64,000 bases of DNA from the NCBI GenBank assembly GCA_963663225.1, contig OY760142.1, positions 1,120,001-1,184,000 on the forward strand, in the 5' to 3' direction. How positions within the stretch are numbered: the stretch's first letter is position 1; every line of letters starts with the position of its first letter. A program made the translations under genes and the position numbers. This DNA comes from Nitrospirota bacterium (GTDB lineage: Bacteria; Nitrospirota; UBA9217). Below the pieces are notes generated by a model. The model was given only the letters and a program-made list of their open reading frames with translations, was not told where the DNA came from and ran no database searches. This document shows, one piece after another, positions 55,407 to 64,000 of this stretch.

Positions 55407-57497
55407 TCATCTTACTTCAAAGGATATTTGATCAGCTATAGTTCCTGTTGGGGCAATAAGATACAATTGATGCGTACCGGGCGACGGTTTCCAGGATCCG
55501 TCTGCAGCCGAACCGAGCGTTATTTCGTCGATTTTGAGGCTGAACAGTGGATCTGACGTCGATATTTTAAAATAAACCCTCTGAAGATCGGGTGGGATAT
55601 CGGGGTCTATCGCAATTATCATATTCGGCGCGGGATACGTAATCTTCGGGTTGGCGTCTGTCGTGGTCGGATGGAGAGCATCCGTTTCGGTGCCTGCAAT
55701 AAAATACTCGCGTTTTGTAGTAATGAGGCCTTCGCTCTCGATCCTCACGGGCTTAACTATTATTTTTTGAGGCAATGCAGGCTCGTGACTGGTGGCGGCA
55801 TGATGAAGGTAATTCATGATCTCCAGCCAGACAGGTGCCGCGCCGCTCACGCCGGACACGTTCCACATGGAAGCTCCGGAAAAATTTCCAACCCACACGC
55901 CGACTGTATACTGTTCAGAATACCCTATACACCAGTTGTCGCGCATGTCTTTGCTTGTTCCGGTTTTTACCGCTGTCCAGAAACGCGTTCCAAGCGGGCT
56001 TTCGAGACTGAATGTAGCGCTCCGCGCCTCGCGGTCCGAAAGAATACTGGAAACAATGAAGGCGGCTTCCGGAGAAAGTACGCGTTTGCGGACACCCGTT
56101 TTTTCTTCATGCGAGTTGCGCAGCTTGCTCCACACGCCGTTATTCGCAAGTGCACGATAGGCATTCACCAATTCCCAGAGCGTAACGTCGGCGGTGCCGA
56201 GTGCAAGAGACGGCCCGTAGTCCAGCGGGTCTTTCAGATTGCTGAAACCGAATTCGTACAACTTTGCTGCAAACGCGTTGACGCTGACGAGGCCCGCTGT
56301 CCGGACCGCCGGTATATTAAGCGATGACGCAAGCGCTGTCCTGGCGGAGACGAGACCTTTGAACTTTTTATCGTAGTTTTCAGGGCGGTACACGCCGCGT
56401 TCGGTGGGAACATCCAGCGGTGTATCCTCGATCAATGATGCGGCGGTAATAATTTTTTTCTCGATCGCGAGACCGTAAAGAAACGGCTTGAGCGTTGATC
56501 CCGCCTGTCTGTGTGCCTGTATGCCATCCACGTATCCTGCCGACGAACTTTTTCCAACATTACCAACATAGGCAAGAACATCCCCGCTCCTGTTGTCAAC
56601 AATGAGCGCGGCCCCGTCCTGCACATTCTGATTCGCAAGATGCATGATTGCCTGCCGGAGTATTTCACCGGTAAAACGCTGCAGGCGGATGTCAAGCGTC
56701 GATGTTGCCTTTGTATTCCTTTCGTGCAGCAACATCCGCGCCATGTGCGGCGCGAGATCGATTTTTTTCCGGACAGCATAGGGTCTGGACAATACGGCAA
56801 CTGCTCGCTGTTGTATTTTTTCTTGCGGAATTGTGCTCCCAAGCAATGCGGCAAGCGATACGGCTCGCTCCCCCGCTTTTTCGGGAGCAGCATTGGGAGC
56901 CCTGATCAGAACCGCGAGGATTGCTGATTCGACTTCGTCCAATCCGTTCGGATTTTTATCAAATAGTCCTCGCGACGCAGCCGCGATCCCCTGTAGTTCT
57001 CCCCGGAAACTTACGAGATTGAAATACGCCTCCAGGATCTGGTCCTTTGTCCAGGTTTTTTCGATTTCCTGCGCGGTCTTAATCTGTTCCCACTTTTGGC
57101 CGACGGTCCGTTGTGGTGATTTTTTTTTCAGCTTATTATCAAGAAACGACGCAAGCTGCATGGTAATCGTGCTTGCACCACGCCGACCGCTGCCGAGCAC
57201 ACTGCCGACGGCGGCGGAGGCAAGGGCCTGCCAGTCCGCGCCGTGGTGATCATAAAATCGCTTGTCCTCTGAGCGGATAACCGCCTTCACGAGGGCAGGG
57301 GAAATATCCGGAAGAGTCACCCATTCGAGTTTTCGGGCGTGCAAATCAATACGCAGCTCGTGAATCACCTCCCCATGCCGATCGAGAAGAACAGCGTCAG
57401 AAGCTTGGTACGAGGCCTTGATGGCGGGAAAAGAAGGTGCGGCAAAAGCATTCCCCTGTGCGAGGCATATTACAATTATAATGAAGAACTGTTTCAT
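55407..57497 (-). CDS. pbpC: Penicillin-binding protein 1C
   Basis: EDKRFYDH, GASTITMQ; SxxK GSTLK, SLN, KTGTS; downstream of alpha-2-macroglobulin. Confidence 0.94.
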   Translation of the reverse strand: MKQFFIIIVICLAQGNAFAAPSFPAIKASYQASDAVLLDRHGEVIHELRIDLHARKLEWVTLPDISPALVKAVIRSEDKRFYDHHGADWQALASAAVGSVLGSGRRGASTITMQLASFLDNKLKKKSPQRTVGQKWEQIKTAQEIEKTWTKDQILEAYFNLVSFRGELQGIAAASRGLFDKNPNGLDEVESAILAVLIRAPNAAPEKAGERAVSLAALLGSTIPQEKIQQRAVAVLSRPYAVRKKIDLAPHMARMLLHERNTKATSTLDIRLQRFTGEILRQAIMHLANQNVQDGAALIVDNRSGDVLAYVGNVGKSSSAGYVDGIQAHRQAGSTLKPFLYGLAIEKKIITAASLIEDTPLDVPTERGVYRPENYDKKFKGLVSARTALASSLNIPAVRTAGLVSVNAFAAKLYEFGFSNLKDPLDYGPSLALGTADVTLWELVNAYRALANNGVWSKLRNSHEEKTGVRKRVLSPEAAFIVSSILSDREARSATFSLESPLGTRFWTAVKTGTSKDMRDNWCIGYSEQYTVGVWVGNFSGASMWNVSGVSGAAPVWLEIMNYLHHAATSHEPALPQKIIVKPVRIESEGLITTKREYFIAGTETDALHPTTTDANPKITYPAPNMIIAIDPDIPPDLQRVYFKISTSDPLFSLKIDEITLGSAADGSWKPSPGTHQLYLIAPTGTIADQISFEVR

Positions 57498-57501
57498 GGG
57501 T

Positions 57502-58317
57502 CTATTTTCCAAAGATCTGAGAAACTCTCTGAAAATCCGGATAGTTGATATGAATGATAATCGCTCCAAGGAAAACAAACAACAGAATGATCACGAAGGG
57601 TTTCCAAGTGGTCCAAATGACACTGCCTTTCCAGTCGGAATTACTGATTTTTTTCGTACTTTTTATAAGACCTGCCGTAAGTAAAAAATTAAAGGCCGCT
57701 TCACTCAGGATAACTGGGGCGTTGTAAACTATATACAGTCCTGCACCAAAAACAACTGCCAGCAACAGCCCCAGAAGAGCAAGGATGACCCCTGCTTCTT
57801 CTGTATCAAAAATTCCCGATATCGCCTTTCCTGATACGTCGCCACCTGCTTTTTCAACTCCCTGCACACTGCCGATTGCAGCCTCTTGTGCAGCAATATC
57901 ATTATTGCAGGCTGCTCCGCTCTCAAACGAACCGGACGAACCGCCTCCTCCGGACAATCCTCCTTTTCCTCCGTAAAAAGTTCCTCGGCTTTGGATGTTC
58001 TCTACAGCTCCGGAAGAATCCGGAATAACATTGCAAACATTCGACACCGCATCGTTGACATTGTGACCGTTCGGCTTTCCTGTTGGTAACACATACATCA
58101 GCCACAATCTCATAAATCCAAAAAATGCACCATAGGAAATAATGACCGCCAGAGGATACCTGATAGCAATATTATTTATGTTCAAGACAAGCAGAATTTT
58201 AGACGCAATCAGGCCGATAAGCGCAGTCCCCGCGAGAATCAGCGACATGTGAATGTGGAGAAAAAATCGTTTTCCCAACATACTGCTGAAATATTTTTTT
58301 CCTGCAGAAATATCCAT
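57502..58317 (-). CDS. Hypothetical multi-pass membrane protein with Gly/Ser-rich loop
   Basis: Four or more hydrophobic helices flanking GGKGGLSGGGGSSGSF; stop 4 nt before the pbpC ATG. Confidence 0.75.
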   Translation of the reverse strand: MDISAGKKYFSSMLGKRFFLHIHMSLILAGTALIGLIASKILLVLNINNIAIRYPLAVIISYGAFFGFMRLWLMYVLPTGKPNGHNVNDAVSNVCNVIPDSSGAVENIQSRGTFYGGKGGLSGGGGSSGSFESGAACNNDIAAQEAAIGSVQGVEKAGGDVSGKAISGIFDTEEAGVILALLGLLLAVVFGAGLYIVYNAPVILSEAAFNFLLTAGLIKSTKKISNSDWKGSVIWTTWKPFVIILLFVFLGAIIIHINYPDFQRVSQIFGK

Positions 58318-58396
58318 TATTTAATGATGCAACCGGGAACAGGCCAAGATTGCAAAATCAAATGATCGTTCGCGCAAAATCATGTTTTGTTCGAGG

Positions 58397-61300
58397 TCAC
58401 TGCCCTATTTCCATCTTTTTGTTCGGTATTTCCCCAAACAGTTCCGGAGAATACAACGCCTCAACGCGAGTCTCGGGAAGTTCAAATGTGCCGCTTGTGT
58501 TCAGGCGTACCGTGTACTCAAGCGACCACTTGCCTTTTGACACATATTCATAATATGCGCGATAGGCCGTAAAAGTCCGCTCGGTAAACACGGGCCATGC
58601 CATGCCGTTTTTTGTTTCATCCTTTGTCAATATCTTCGAATCTCCACCCAGGCCGCTTCCGAGAATAGCTGCACCTGCCGGTATCGGATCGTTCACAGCG
58701 ACCCAGGTCATGTCTGCCTGGGATTCGATATCAAGCCTCACGCGCAGGACATCTCCGCGCGACCACCTGCCTTTGTGCTTCTGCTCGATGGGCAGTAAGC
58801 TCTTTCTTATCGTGTACCCGCTTGAGAACGGTTCTTTTGTCGGTATCGCGGCAATGCTCTGGATTGTTGCCCATGGTTTCCCCGTGCCCTGGTGCGCGAT
58901 GGCAAGCTCGGTCTTTTTTTGCGGCCAGCCGAAGATTACACCTGAGCCTTCGGCGGCAGTCTTCCAGTTGACGCTTTTTGTGTTGGCATCAAGTGTGCCT
59001 GACGAAATGCCCGTGACCGGTGCGGACTCAAATTTTTTCGAGAATTTTTCCATGGCAAGAACACCCCACGCATTGGCTGTGGTCGTGTTCCATGCACCGT
59101 GATGCTGCCTCCCCATTGCGCCGCGAACCAGCCTCGGCATATCCTCGTTCCACTGGTCATGGTCGAGGAAAGTCAAAACGGTCTTGACTGCATTCACGTC
59201 TGCGGAAATCATGAGCCACCACAAATAATCCGATTTTTCAGTTGAGAAACCCATTGTGGTGCCCTGGAAGTTCAGGCGTGAACGGATGATCTGCTCTGCT
59301 TCCTTCATCTTTGCGTCGCGTTCCGGCATGTTCTGTCCGCGCATTAGAACGTTCATCCAGTCAAGGACGGCGGACGTTGGCCAGAGGTTCGGTTCGAGAG
59401 TAATGGAGCCCAGGAGCCTCGGCTCTGCTTTGTTATAGCGGGAAAGTGCTTCGAGCGCAGCCAACTTCCTGATCGAAACGTCCGCAGTCGGAATCGAGGA
59501 CCAACGCACGACTTTGCCTTCAATGAATCCGCGCAAACCCGTGAGCAGTCTGTTTTTTAAGTCGGCCGGAATCTCCCAGCCTGCTTCGTTCGATACGGAA
59601 AGCAGGTACGCGGTGAGCGTGTCGCTGCCGACTGAACAGGTGGGGAAGTATTTCACCAGGCCGTCCGGATCGAGATACGCGGGGAGGTCTGCGGTCACGC
59701 TTTTCCAGAGCGATGCGTCGCGCAGGGCAATGGCGCGTGAAACTTTCTGCTCCATACAGGTATAGGGGTAGTTTTTCATATACCAGGTCACCCCGCCCAT
59801 TCCGTTCGAAAGCTTTTTCCGGAATGAGACATATATACCGCCTTTGGCCGGGAACGCATCTCTTGGTTTTTCTATTGCCAGCGACTGTGGTTTTTCAATC
59901 TGTGTGATTGTCGCCTGCAAAACCTTCGGCTGAATCGTTTCCGCGATTTTTTGCGTAATCCTGAGTTTGTCGATTGCAGGGCCGTTTTTCTCTTTTGCAG
60001 CAACGCTCCAGACAACTGACTCGATATTCATCGGCACGGCCGCGTCCCAGAAAAGCTCTCGCGCCTCTCCTGCTGCAAGCCTTTCGGTTTTCAGGTCCGG
60101 CTTGACTGAGGCATTTTTTACCGAGGCGGAAATTTCAACATCCATGCTCCGTTCCGAAGCGTTCCGAATCGTAAATCCTGCCCGGTATCGGTCTCCCTCC
60201 CGAAGTACCGGCGGCAAGCCCGAGAGAAGCATAAGGTCCTGAGTTGTCCGAATCGATGTCTCCCCGCTTCCGAACAACCCTGCCTCGGCGTTCGCCACAG
60301 CAACAATACGGAAACTTGTGAGCGAGTCATTGAGAGGAATTTCGACTGATGCTTCGCCGTTCTCGTTCAGCTTTACTCGGCCCTTCCAGAGAAGCAGCGT
60401 ATCGAACATTTCACGGGTGGTTGTTTTCCCCCCTCCACCGCCCGCCGGATAGGCTTTCAAGCCGTAATGCCGTTTACCTACAACCTGCATCTGTGCTGTA
60501 GCGGTATGCACTTCGTACCCGCGGCGGCCCATCATGCCATCCAGGAGCTTCCAGCTTTTGTTCGGCATCAGCTCCAGGAGCCCTTCATCCACGGCGGCGA
60601 CGGCCAGCTCGGTGTTCTTCGGAGGCCACGGATTGTTCTTGTCGCGGGTGCGCACTTTGATCCTGACCTTTGCTTTGTCTCGAGTATGGTAGACTTGTTT
60701 CTCCGGCGTCAGAAAGACTCTCAGCTCATGCGACCGCCAGCCAACGTTGACCTCCGCTATCCCGAGCTTATATGCGGGTCTGCCGAGGTCCACCAATGCA
60801 GTCGGCTTTGGCTCACCAAGCCGGCCGCGGACGCACAACACTGATACGAACACATTCGGCGCGTAGTTTCCCTTCATCGGCACATCAATGACCGGCATTT
60901 TTCCGGAGAGCTTTTTGATGGTGGCTTCCATCACGCCCTCGCGCTCCACGGTTACGAGAGCGGTTGCTTCGCGGAATGGCATTCTGACCTGAAACCGCGC
61001 GGTTTCACCCGGCTCGTACTGCTTCTGCTCGGGCAACAAATCGATCCGGTCATTGTCCGTAACGTCGAACCACCACTCGCTTTTGTCCGCAATCCAGATG
61101 TCGCGATTGGCTATTGATTCATTGCCGTTGTTGTCTGTTGTGCGCGCCTGGATAATAACGTTCCCGGACACCGGAGAGCTGGAGTCGCAGAAGAGCAGTC
61201 CTTTCGCATCCGTCCTGCCTTCACATATCTGCTTGATTTTTTTTATTTCCGTGGAATGTTCATACGCGTAAAAACCGCCGATCAGCCGTTTGCGGTGAGA

Positions 61301-64000
61301 ATAGGTCTCCCGTTTAAACAGATCTGCAGTCACGCTCTGGTTCGTTTTTGGTTTGCCGGCAAGATCGAGAACAAGCACTTGAAATTTGAAGGAATCCTTC
61401 GATGAAACCCAGGAATCCTGCTTGATTCCGATGAGCGCGTCTGAAGGCCACAGCGGAATGTGTGAAGATACGGTTTGCACTTCGCCATTCGGATCACGGA
61501 ATTCCATCTCGGTCAGCATCTCCTGCGGAGTTGCCGTTTTGGGTAAATCCTTAATCGTTGTCCGGACCGAACCGTTTGCATCAAGCGTAAGCTCACTGCT
61601 TCTGGTTTCAGAACGTTTTATTTTTCTCCCTGCGCGTGAAGGCCCTTCTTCATCCTCTTCGCCATACTCTTCATCAGACCGTTCACCTCTGCTTACAATT
61701 CCTTCCTTGACCCTGCCGTTGGCAAAGACGAAATCATCATACTGATTAAAGTTTGTCTGTCTGGGAGCAATTGCCGTTCTGAGCTTTACCGATGCGCCTG
61801 AAGCTCCTCCGCCCGCCAGATACTTCACGAACAGGTCCACGGTCGTTTCTCGTGCATTCACGAGCGGCTCCTTGGAGGCCTGGATAATGCCTTTCATGAG
61901 CGGTACGCGAAATTCTTCTACGCGGAACGATCCGGATACCAAGCCATCGGCTCTGAAATATTCCTCGTCGCCTTCTTCATATCCTCCGATGCTCGTCCGC
62001 TGCTTCTTTTTACTGGCGGATTTTTTGAGCAGCGTAATGGTATATAAACCAAGCTTGGCATCCTTCGGAATTTTCCAGGAAGATTCGGCAGCCCCGTTCT
62101 GGCCCCAAGTCAATGGAAACTCATAGCGCTGATCGCTCCCCTGATGCTGAATCACGACGGTTTTGGGCAAATCCTTCACAAACGAGAAACCGGCGCCGGT
62201 ATGTACCCGGACCAGATGTTTCATGGATACGGTCTCACCGGCGCGCAACAGGCTCCGGTCGGTGATGGAGTGGGCAATGACCGGTCCGCGGTATTCCGCC
62301 TGGCGGTATTCCGCCTGAGGGAGATTGAACCTCCAGGATTCGATTCCCTGATTCCAGGCTGATCGCACGAAGGTCATATCATCTGTTGTCCGCGCGAACA
62401 CGTAATAACCGCCCTCGGAGTACTGTTTACAGCGCGGCAGCTTGTGTTCTTGCTGTAGTTGCTTATTGATAAAGGCGATTCCCTGTTCATCGGTCCTTCC
62501 TTCCCAATGGACGTTTCCTTGGCAGTCTCGTATTGAAACAGCTGCCTCGTTCACTGGTTCGGACTTGTCAAGCGTGGTCACCCAGACAACCGAGGATTCG
62601 CGCCCCTGCTTAAAATGGGCAGCAAGGTTCGTTACCAGAGCCGCGGTCGGTACAAAGTAAGGAAGGGATTCACCGTGAAGCGATTCTCCGAGAATCATGC
62701 TTTCAAGTTCTACCACATAAAACCCGGGTTCCTGCAGCGGAATTCCGATGACTTCAAACGCCTTGGCCCCGTTCGGTTTCGGCATACTGAACGTGCTTAC
62801 GATCTTTTCTTCCCGTGTCCCCGAAAAAACCGACTTCTTTGAATCAGCTTCGGCAACCCGATTCAGCCACAGTATAACGTCTGACTCTGATGCGAAGTTT
62901 TTGATTTTGCCGATGACGCGGCCTGAAAGCGTTCCTTTAATGGTACCAAGCACGGTGTCCGCAGTTTTTTCCGTTGTACTCTTTGCGTCTGCCAGGTCAA
63001 GCGCCTTCATTTTTAATTCAGCCTCTATATTTCTTACTGTTGCCGGCAGCACGGGGTCCGCGCGCTCGATAATTCCAAAGCGGGAAGAAAACTTGGCGAG
63101 CGGTGGATAGTCCGCGGTTTTGACTACAAGCGGATACTTGTCGCTGTTCGAGAGAGGTCGCCCTGCGTCGTCCTGCACTTTTTTGGGCAGGTTTATTAGA
63201 AAAGTTGCACGCGGTGGAAACGGCCCGGAGAAGCGCACTCCCTGAACGTATTCAGGCAGCTTCGCAGACGTTCCGTTTTCATTACCAACGTCCTGCAGGA
63301 CTGGTTTGTATGTTCCGTCGGGCCTCTGAAGGGTAATCGCCTGAGCATATTCCCGCGCTACCGGAGAGGAAAACTGAAGAGAAAATGGAAGAAATGGAAT
63401 ACAATCAGCATCCACATTTTCACGATCACAGTAAAATACAGCCTTAAACGGATCGCGCACCTTAAACGAGAGTTTTTGCTCACTGGATGTCGCTACACCG
63501 GTTTTAGATTCAATGCCTTTGCCCCAGACGAGCCCGACTTTTGCGCTGCTCGGGAAATTCTGTTTACACTGAACAACCAGCAGGGAATATTCGGCGGCTC
63601 CGTCACGCGGTACCCCGAAACGATTGAACTGGCCCTGCGATTTCAGCAAGCGTTCACGATCTGCACCTTTCAGTATCTTCACCCCGATCTGGTCCCGGAT
63701 ACCGTCCACTGAACAGTATGCGCGATTAAGAACTGTTTCTTCCTTCGCTTCTGCGTCAAGTGCAAGAATAAACGCCTGCTCTTCATCAATGTCTCTGCCT
63801 TCATATGGCTGAGATCGTATAATTGCGGGACCTCCGGTATTAAAAGAAAACTTCTTTTGACCGCTTATCTTGCTGCCGGCGAGCGTTTTAAGATCCGGCG
63901 TGACCGCGAAATCACACCGTACTCCGGCAGGCAGATCACGTTCAAAATCATACACCCAGTTTCTGCCATCCATCCACCTGCCCCTGCCTTTTTCCGGACA
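58397..64000 (-). CDS. Bacterial alpha-2-macroglobulin (5' end beyond the window)
   Basis: TDRSLLRAGETV, FRVEEF, AAVDEG, LNDSLTSFR, thioester YPYTCMEQ, VEALYSPE. Confidence 0.95.
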   Translation of the reverse strand, partial: CPEKGRGRWMDGRNWVYDFERDLPAGVRCDFAVTPDLKTLAGSKISGQKKFSFNTGGPAIIRSQPYEGRDIDEEQAFILALDAEAKEETVLNRAYCSVDGIRDQIGVKILKGADRERLLKSQGQFNRFGVPRDGAAEYSLLVVQCKQNFPSSAKVGLVWGKGIESKTGVATSSEQKLSFKVRDPFKAVFYCDRENVDADCIPFLPFSLQFSSPVAREYAQAITLQRPDGTYKPVLQDVGNENGTSAKLPEYVQGVRFSGPFPPRATFLINLPKKVQDDAGRPLSNSDKYPLVVKTADYPPLAKFSSRFGIIERADPVLPATVRNIEAELKMKALDLADAKSTTEKTADTVLGTIKGTLSGRVIGKIKNFASESDVILWLNRVAEADSKKSVFSGTREEKIVSTFSMPKPNGAKAFEVIGIPLQEPGFYVVELESMILGESLHGESLPYFVPTAALVTNLAAHFKQGRESSVVWVTTLDKSEPVNEAAVSIRDCQGNVHWEGRTDEQGIAFINKQLQQEHKLPRCKQYSEGGYYVFARTTDDMTFVRSAWNQGIESWRFNLPQAEYRQAEYRGPVIAHSITDRSLLRAGETVSMKHLVRVHTGAGFSFVKDLPKTVVIQHQGSDQRYEFPLTWGQNGAAESSWKIPKDAKLGLYTITLLKKSASKKKQRTSIGGYEEGDEEYFRADGLVSGSFRVEEFRVPLMKGIIQASKEPLVNARETTVDLFVKYLAGGGASGASVKLRTAIAPRQTNFNQYDDFVFANGRVKEGIVSRGERSDEEYGEEDEEGPSRAGRKIKRSETRSSELTLDANGSVRTTIKDLPKTATPQEMLTEMEFRDPNGEVQTVSSHIPLWPSDALIGIKQDSWVSSKDSFKFQVLVLDLAGKPKTNQSVTADLFKRETYSHRKRLIGGFYAYEHSTEIKKIKQICEGRTDAKGLLFCDSSSPVSGNVIIQARTTDNNGNESIANRDIWIADKSEWWFDVTDNDRIDLLPEQKQYEPGETARFQVRMPFREATALVTVEREGVMEATIKKLSGKMPVIDVPMKGNYAPNVFVSVLCVRGRLGEPKPTALVDLGRPAYKLGIAEVNVGWRSHELRVFLTPEKQVYHTRDKAKVRIKVRTRDKNNPWPPKNTELAVAAVDEGLLELMPNKSWKLLDGMMGRRGYEVHTATAQMQVVGKRHYGLKAYPAGGGGGKTTTREMFDTLLLWKGRVKLNENGEASVEIPLNDSLTSFRIVAVANAEAGLFGSGETSIRTTQDLMLLSGLPPVLREGDRYRAGFTIRNASERSMDVEISASVKNASVKPDLKTERLAAGEARELFWDAAVPMNIESVVWSVAAKEKNGPAIDKLRITQKIAETIQPKVLQATITQIEKPQSLAIEKPRDAFPAKGGIYVSFRKKLSNGMGGVTWYMKNYPYTCMEQKVSRAIALRDASLWKSVTADLPAYLDPDGLVKYFPTCSVGSDTLTAYLLSVSNEAGWEIPADLKNRLLTGLRGFIEGKVVRWSSIPTADVSIRKLAALEALSRYNKAEPRLLGSITLEPNLWPTSAVLDWMNVLMRGQNMPERDAKMKEAEQIIRSRLNFQGTTMGFSTEKSDYLWWLMISADVNAVKTVLTFLDHDQWNEDMPRLVRGAMGRQHHGAWNTTTANAWGVLAMEKFSKKFESAPVTGISSGTLDANTKSVNWKTAAEGSGVIFGWPQKKTELAIAHQGTGKPWATIQSIAAIPTKEPFSSGYTIRKSLLPIEQKHKGRWSRGDVLRVRLDIESQADMTWVAVNDPIPAGAAILGSGLGGDSKILTKDETKNGMAWPVFTERTFTAYRAYYEYVSKGKWSLEYTVRLNTSGTFELPETRVEALYSPELFGEIPNKKMEIGQ
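62288..62317. repeat. In-frame 15-bp tandem duplication in alpha-2-macroglobulin (QAEYR x2)
   Basis: GCGGTATTCCGCCTG repeated twice exactly. Confidence 0.9.

Overview
Chromosomal window of about 50% GC from an anaerobe-type bacterium. Gene order and protein style suggest Nitrospirota or a Desulfobacterota-like lineage (inference only). The housekeeping backbone includes the start of the dcw cluster (mraZ, an inserted STAS gene, rsmH), prfC, trpB2, ybaK, nhaA, a mutY-like gene, the rpsU-yqeY-nif3-mutS2-dnaG-rpoD-tRNA-Ile2-zinc ribbon-rnhA-rnpB run, argC/argJ, rplM-rpsI and rpsB-tsf-pyrH-frr. Six accessory features stand out. (1) A decayed integron after prfC: an IntI C-terminal remnant whose catalytic Tyr codon is now TAG, plus two gene cassettes with well-formed attC sites; the first cassette is an unknown protein that appears to have its own promoter. 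(2) A Tat-exported molybdopterin oxidoreductase of unclear family with an FdnH/HybA-type Fe-S subunit, a TorD chaperone, a ModE-like HTH regulator and a tandem palindromic operator, but no NrfD-type anchor. (3) Two degenerate IS200/IS605-end-like hairpins. (4) A sugar-acid catabolic cluster (GntR, IlvD/Edd, DHDPS-like aldolase, Hyi, GarR, TctBAC, FAH) that may be a non-orthologous hexarate pathway. (5) [FeFe]-hydrogenase maturases hydG-aspA-hydF-hydE with no hydA in view. (6) An alpha-2-macroglobulin/pbpC locus with an inserted membrane protein. All calls come from reading motifs; no database searches were run.
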